Source: Acidobacteriota bacterium
Lineage (GTDB): Bacteria; Acidobacteriota; Thermoanaerobaculia; Multivoradales; JAHZIX01
Direction: 5' to 3'
Assembly (NCBI GenBank): GCA_039191605.1
Contig: JBCCXL010000003.1
Location: forward strand, 257,543-321,542
Length of the DNA: 64,000 nucleotides
Part shown: positions 63,701-64,000 of the stretch, one piece after another
How positions within the stretch are numbered: position 1 is the stretch's first letter
How the letters are laid out: the number at the start of each line of letters is the position of its first letter
Program-made: the position numbers and the translations under genes
The notes under the pieces: model-generated
What the model saw: the letters and a program-made list of their open reading frames with translations, nothing else
Told to the model about the DNA's origin: nothing
The model's database searches: none

Positions 63701-63958
63701 CTTGGTCTTGGCCGAGAAGGAAGAGGAGGCAGGGACGGGACGATCCGAGCTCGTGGGCTCAGGATAGACACAGTCAAAGAAGAGGCAGTCAAGAGATACA
63801 CAGCGCTGGGGCAACAAGGGACGATCCTCTCGGGCGCGACGCCGCAAGCATCGCGCGGTACAACTACTGGGAAGGGCCGAGCCGAGTCGGAGCAGAGAAG
63901 GCTCCGACGACCGCCGGAGGCGGTAGGGATTGGCCTTCGCAATGTCCGACACGAGCAA
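60725..63958 (-). CDS. TonB-dependent outer-membrane receptor with N-terminal carboxypeptidase-regulatory-like domain; true start uncertain (likely near 63700-63720)
   Basis: The signal peptide is ...RSVLFAVLAAAVLLLGAPAAHAQ, followed by GNLDVSVV...GGILVELSN...GRVIFRGL (CarbopepD_reg-like). Plug and barrel motifs are present. The C-terminus ...QFGVSYAF ends in Phe. No ATG follows the listed TTG-type start before the signal peptide, so an alternative start codon is probably used. Confidence 0.75.
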   Translation of the reverse strand: MLVSDIAKANPYRLRRSSEPSLLRLGSALPSSCTARCLRRRAREDRPLLPQRCVSLDCLFFDCVYPEPTSSDRPVPASSSFSAKTKLAAAPWAARSVLFAVLAAAVLLLGAPAAHAQGNLDVSVVSADSFEPLGGILVELSNDVTGLVRQEVTSSQGRVIFRGLTTGSGYRIRNVDTEGFGNSELTGITLRANAFASVTLRLSVQETFEDEVSVSAAPQLVALNTVNAEVSSTLVEQELSLLPVEGRDLTRSLYRLPNVSQATGFYPEAPNVSVNGANSLYVNYLIDGLDNNENFLGGQKFAVPLGAVQDVTVLTSTYTAEFGRTGNGVFNVTSKSGTNQLRGDVFYLSRPGASVDASSPFAGRDLSGNAVRDGFARDQFGISIGGPIAEDQTFFFLNVENTLDDKDNLLNVPELGINETVAGENEFLYATARLDHRFSDSFQSSLRVNWGDIDIERQGGGLEGGVTFPSAGNTQDRDSYLAALRTSFVTENLVNEADIQFSRFRWNYARPNNEGPQVNVLGAAGQTIAVLGHPGFIFDNREETVQIQDRLSLLLGDHTVKLGASLITSDFELFGGGNVDGNYLVQLTQAQQDALASQNLGSGLSIFDIPSDVEVVRYDVELQPRSFGETQDFWSVFAEDTWAVNPNLTLTAGLRWDYDSLSEGGSSSGDSDNIAPRLAANYRIDDRSTVRAGFGVFYDKILYAVYSDALQQSSTAAGFRSQIEDLIALGILPADTDIDQVLFNGNLGASFDDVPYLGGPTPGEIQGQREDIFSNERRILNPNGYDNPVTEQYSLGFQRQLRDDMLFYVDFIHTRSYNLFRLRDLNAPAPFPIDPNNVQVRTQEEADATRPVALRDGGARNIVISEAEGEARYRAATFTLVKSRSRDNYNFRLSYTLSKLENNTDDINFRAQDSNNFGAEWGPSLNDRTHVISGIFQYHPTDRFSVSAAVLLQSGQPINRIPDARIFGTTDLNGDGRSFGDAYVGNSDRQPGEARNSDRLPWSEVLDLSLQYSLPIAGRNIDLRVDVFNVLNETNLSGFSNNATQSNQIQVGPRSAGIERKNAGPPRQFQFGVSYAF

Positions 63959-64000
63959 AAGAGGCTGGGGTCGGGGCGAAGGTTGCTGTCGGTGGAGGCG

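Overview
This is a GC-rich (by eye about two-thirds G+C) bacterial chromosomal segment with dense, mostly operon-organised coding on both strands. I found no rRNA, tRNA, CRISPR array, transposase or integrase. The taxonomic signal is inference only. A duplicated FtsX 'orphan permease' of the ADOP type and a large TonB-dependent receptor are consistent with Acidobacteriota or a similar GC-rich Gram-negative lineage.

Housekeeping content:
- Citrate synthase (5' part, truncated by the window edge), aconitase A, queD and queE.
- Exonuclease VII xseA and xseB, and exonuclease III.
- A type II NADH dehydrogenase, a threonine/serine dehydratase, a dicarboxylate/amino-acid:cation symporter and an SDR oxidoreductase.

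Transport content:
- A MacAB-like efflux set: periplasmic adaptor, ATPase and two FtsX permeases.
- An ABC-2 exporter: ATPase and two permeases.
- A TonB-dependent receptor followed by a solute-binding protein, two permeases and an ATPase, ending in a radical-SAM gene.

The most unusual stretch is about 22.9-37.3 kb. It holds a co-directional module of a YqiJ/NfeD-like membrane protein, a flotillin (SPFH) protein, a roughly 1,900-aa AAA+ ATPase and an NYN-domain protein carrying a polyacidic tail. It is followed by a DUF427-like protein, a small cysteine-rich secreted peptide and an 811-aa secreted protein of unknown function.

Other points of note:
- A large signal-transduction NTPase with a degenerate cyclase-like N-terminal domain and a TPR C-terminal region, next to a low-GC, AT-rich intergenic island.
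- An orphan PqqB-like metallo-beta-lactamase-fold protein with a signal peptide.
- Two tandem paralogous hypothetical genes.
- A cluster of RNA-methyltransferase-like genes.
- Many short tandem direct repeats in intergenic regions, including a perfect 54-bp duplication.
- A strong intrinsic terminator on the plus strand with no plus-strand coding gene upstream.

Many six-frame ORFs listed on the strand opposite the real genes are GC-rich artefacts and are not reported. Several real genes are probably shorter than the track suggests, because the track starts at the first upstream ATG, GTG or TTG. Where a ribosome-binding site supported it, I used a refined start.
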